In this document: positions 62,552-64,000 of the stretch, in pieces
Numbering within the stretch: position 1 is the first letter of the stretch
Layout of the letters: each line of letters opens with the position of its first letter
Assembly (NCBI RefSeq): GCF_006345805.1
Contig: NC_043008.1
Location: forward strand, 33,108,001 to 33,172,000
Origin: Octopus sinensis
Taxonomy: Eukaryota
DNA length: 64,000 bases
Direction of reading: 5' to 3'
Made by a program: the position numbers and the translations under genes
The notes under the pieces: generated by a model
What the model saw: the letters and a program-made list of their open reading frames with translations, nothing else
Database searches by the model: none
Told to the model about the DNA's origin: nothing

Positions 62552-62695
62552 CATGCCCAGGAAATGCGATTGATTTTCAAGTATAATTATCGGTACTTTT
62601 CTATTATCGATAGCCAATTTTCTTTTTATATACTGAAGTATTAATAAATAAACTACAGAACTTTGATTCAATTCTTTGCACTTTTCCTTCCACAT
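62552..62695 (-). CDS. CTC1: CTC1 putative exon 1 (coding part either only ATG 62554-62552 or the 48-codon ORF from 62695)
   Basis: GGCATG|gtaagc phase-0 donor at 62551, compatible with the phase-0 start of exon 2 (GQQFL...). A second in-phase donor lies 9 nt further on. No better phase-0 donor noticed between 57.8 and 62.5 kb; no protein similarity supports the upstream 47 codons. Confidence 0.5.
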
Positions 62696-63547
62696 GAGTT
62701 AGTGATAGCTATACCGAAAGTCCGCCGTTCAACTGTTACTCTTGTTTCACGAATGGAATAGTTCGTTTACGAATCCTTTAGTGAATGAAAGAAAAATTGA
62801 CTGTTGATAATAGGAAAGTACTACATAATATTTGTTGAGTTCCCGTGTCCCCTTGAATTGTAAATGATTCATAAATAACCAAATCTCTCTCAAATATTCC
62901 CAATCATATTAAAAATGGGAAAGGACACATAAAATGATAAAGGGGAATCTTAAAGAAGATTATCTAATGTATATCTATATAATTCGAAAAAGACAGTAAG
63001 GTCGAAGTCAGTTTGTGTTTGAACCTGGAGTGAAGCAACAACAAGATTAATGGAAGCGCTAAGTGGTTAAAGTAGATAGAAAATATTCGGATGAAAAGTG
63101 TACAGTATTATAATTATAGAATACTATATATCAGAACAAAAGTGAAATATACATATCGTAGTGGAACTTGTTTACATCTAAATGACTTTTTTAATAATAT
63201 TTATAAAAAAAAGAAACGACAGATGAAACATAAAAGACTTACAATAGCAGATTTGCCCAAATCAGTTGTTTTTAAAAGGGATTCCATCTCAGATGAATAA
63301 TTACTGGTTTGTTTGTAATCAAGATGGAAATTTTATTGAAAAGTTTGTTTTACTTGAATTCCGCGCCAAGTATATCAGAGTGACCTCCCTTGAACATAAA
63401 CTCTGACATAGACTTCGTGGTCGTTTCACTTGTTGAAATTAACAAATCGAATCTTCCTCATGACGTTTGTTCTTGCCATCTTAAAAGACGAAGAATACCA
63501 TCAAACATGAATTTTAATAACTTTACAGGAAAATAAACGGAAGTGTT
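62600..63547. promoter_or_regulatory. Probable bidirectional housekeeping promoter region
   Basis: Repeat-poor sequence between the two putative first exons; TATCGATA (DRE-like) at 62605-62612, TTCCGCGCCAA (E2F-like) at 63359-63369, CGGAAGTG (ETS-like) at 63538-63545. Confidence 0.45.
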
Positions 63548-63596
63548 ATGGCGTCGTTTATTCGTCTCTCCTTTCTATGTCAGTGGCAGGAGAAGG
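63548..63596 (+). CDS. Candidate first coding exon of an unidentified divergently transcribed gene (MASFIRLSFLCQWQEK)
   Basis: ATGGCG start directly after CGGAAGTG, followed by AAG G|gtaagg donor; unique, CpG-retaining context; no downstream exon visible in the window. Confidence 0.4.
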
Positions 63597-64000
63597 GTAA
63601 GGAAAAGGTGAATGTGAAAAAGCAAATATGTAGAAGATAGAATAGCATCGGCGTACTTTCTCGAGTGTGTACTGATTCTTCATAGCTTAAAAAATACATG
63701 TTTTTAATGACATGTTCACCAAATATCTATCCGATAGAGTAGATTACGATTATGGAATTCAACAGAGAAAAACATAGCTGGCCGCGCACACTTATTTATC
63801 TACAAAATAAAACTTGAAAGTTTGAAAACAATTATATGACGCGTGTCAACGTGTGTGCGCCCACCATTTAAAAAAAAAACCATAATTTACACCATATGAA
63901 AAGCATCGGTGGAAAATTTCATTAGAAAATATTGATTCTTATTAAAGGTATAAAAAAAAGGAAATTGGGTGGGCGTACACTTGTGTAAGTCGCAGCATTC

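Noticed and set aside
63091-63300. 69-aa plus-strand ORF upstream of CTC1
   Set aside because: AT-rich, no recognisable motif, no splice support.

Overview
AT-rich, microsatellite- and transposon-dense animal DNA whose SINE/LINE families look like those of octopod cephalopods (inference from repeat sequences, no search run). The window is spanned on the minus strand by the 5' two-thirds of one protein-coding gene, which I reconstructed by hand as 16 GT-AG exons (about 62.6 kb down to 1811, roughly 780-790 codons, continuing off the left edge). The translation matches recalled motifs of CTC1, the large OB-fold subunit of the telomere CST complex, in order. All junctions are phase-compatible except exon 12/13, which needs either a weak AAG acceptor or a 1-nt indel. 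The introns hold RTE, CR1-group and CRE-like LINE pieces, tRNA-derived SINEs, Helitron, Gypsy, piggyBac, mariner, maT and hAT remnants. The most unusual signal is a set of unrelated short intronic elements (about 0.49, 8.4, 11.3/11.5, 22.3, 39.5/39.6 and, more weakly, 52.7 and 53.0/53.7 kb) carrying minimal hammerhead-ribozyme-like motifs with self-complementary helix III. Several sit in fold-back inverted pairs and most lie beside (TA)n tracts, consistent with Penelope-like retroelement termini. One apparently intact core (8416-8468) is on the sense strand of the CTC1 pre-mRNA. A probable bidirectional promoter and the first coding exon of a divergent gene lie at 62.6-63.6 kb. Repeat boundaries are approximate unless TIRs or TSDs are quoted.
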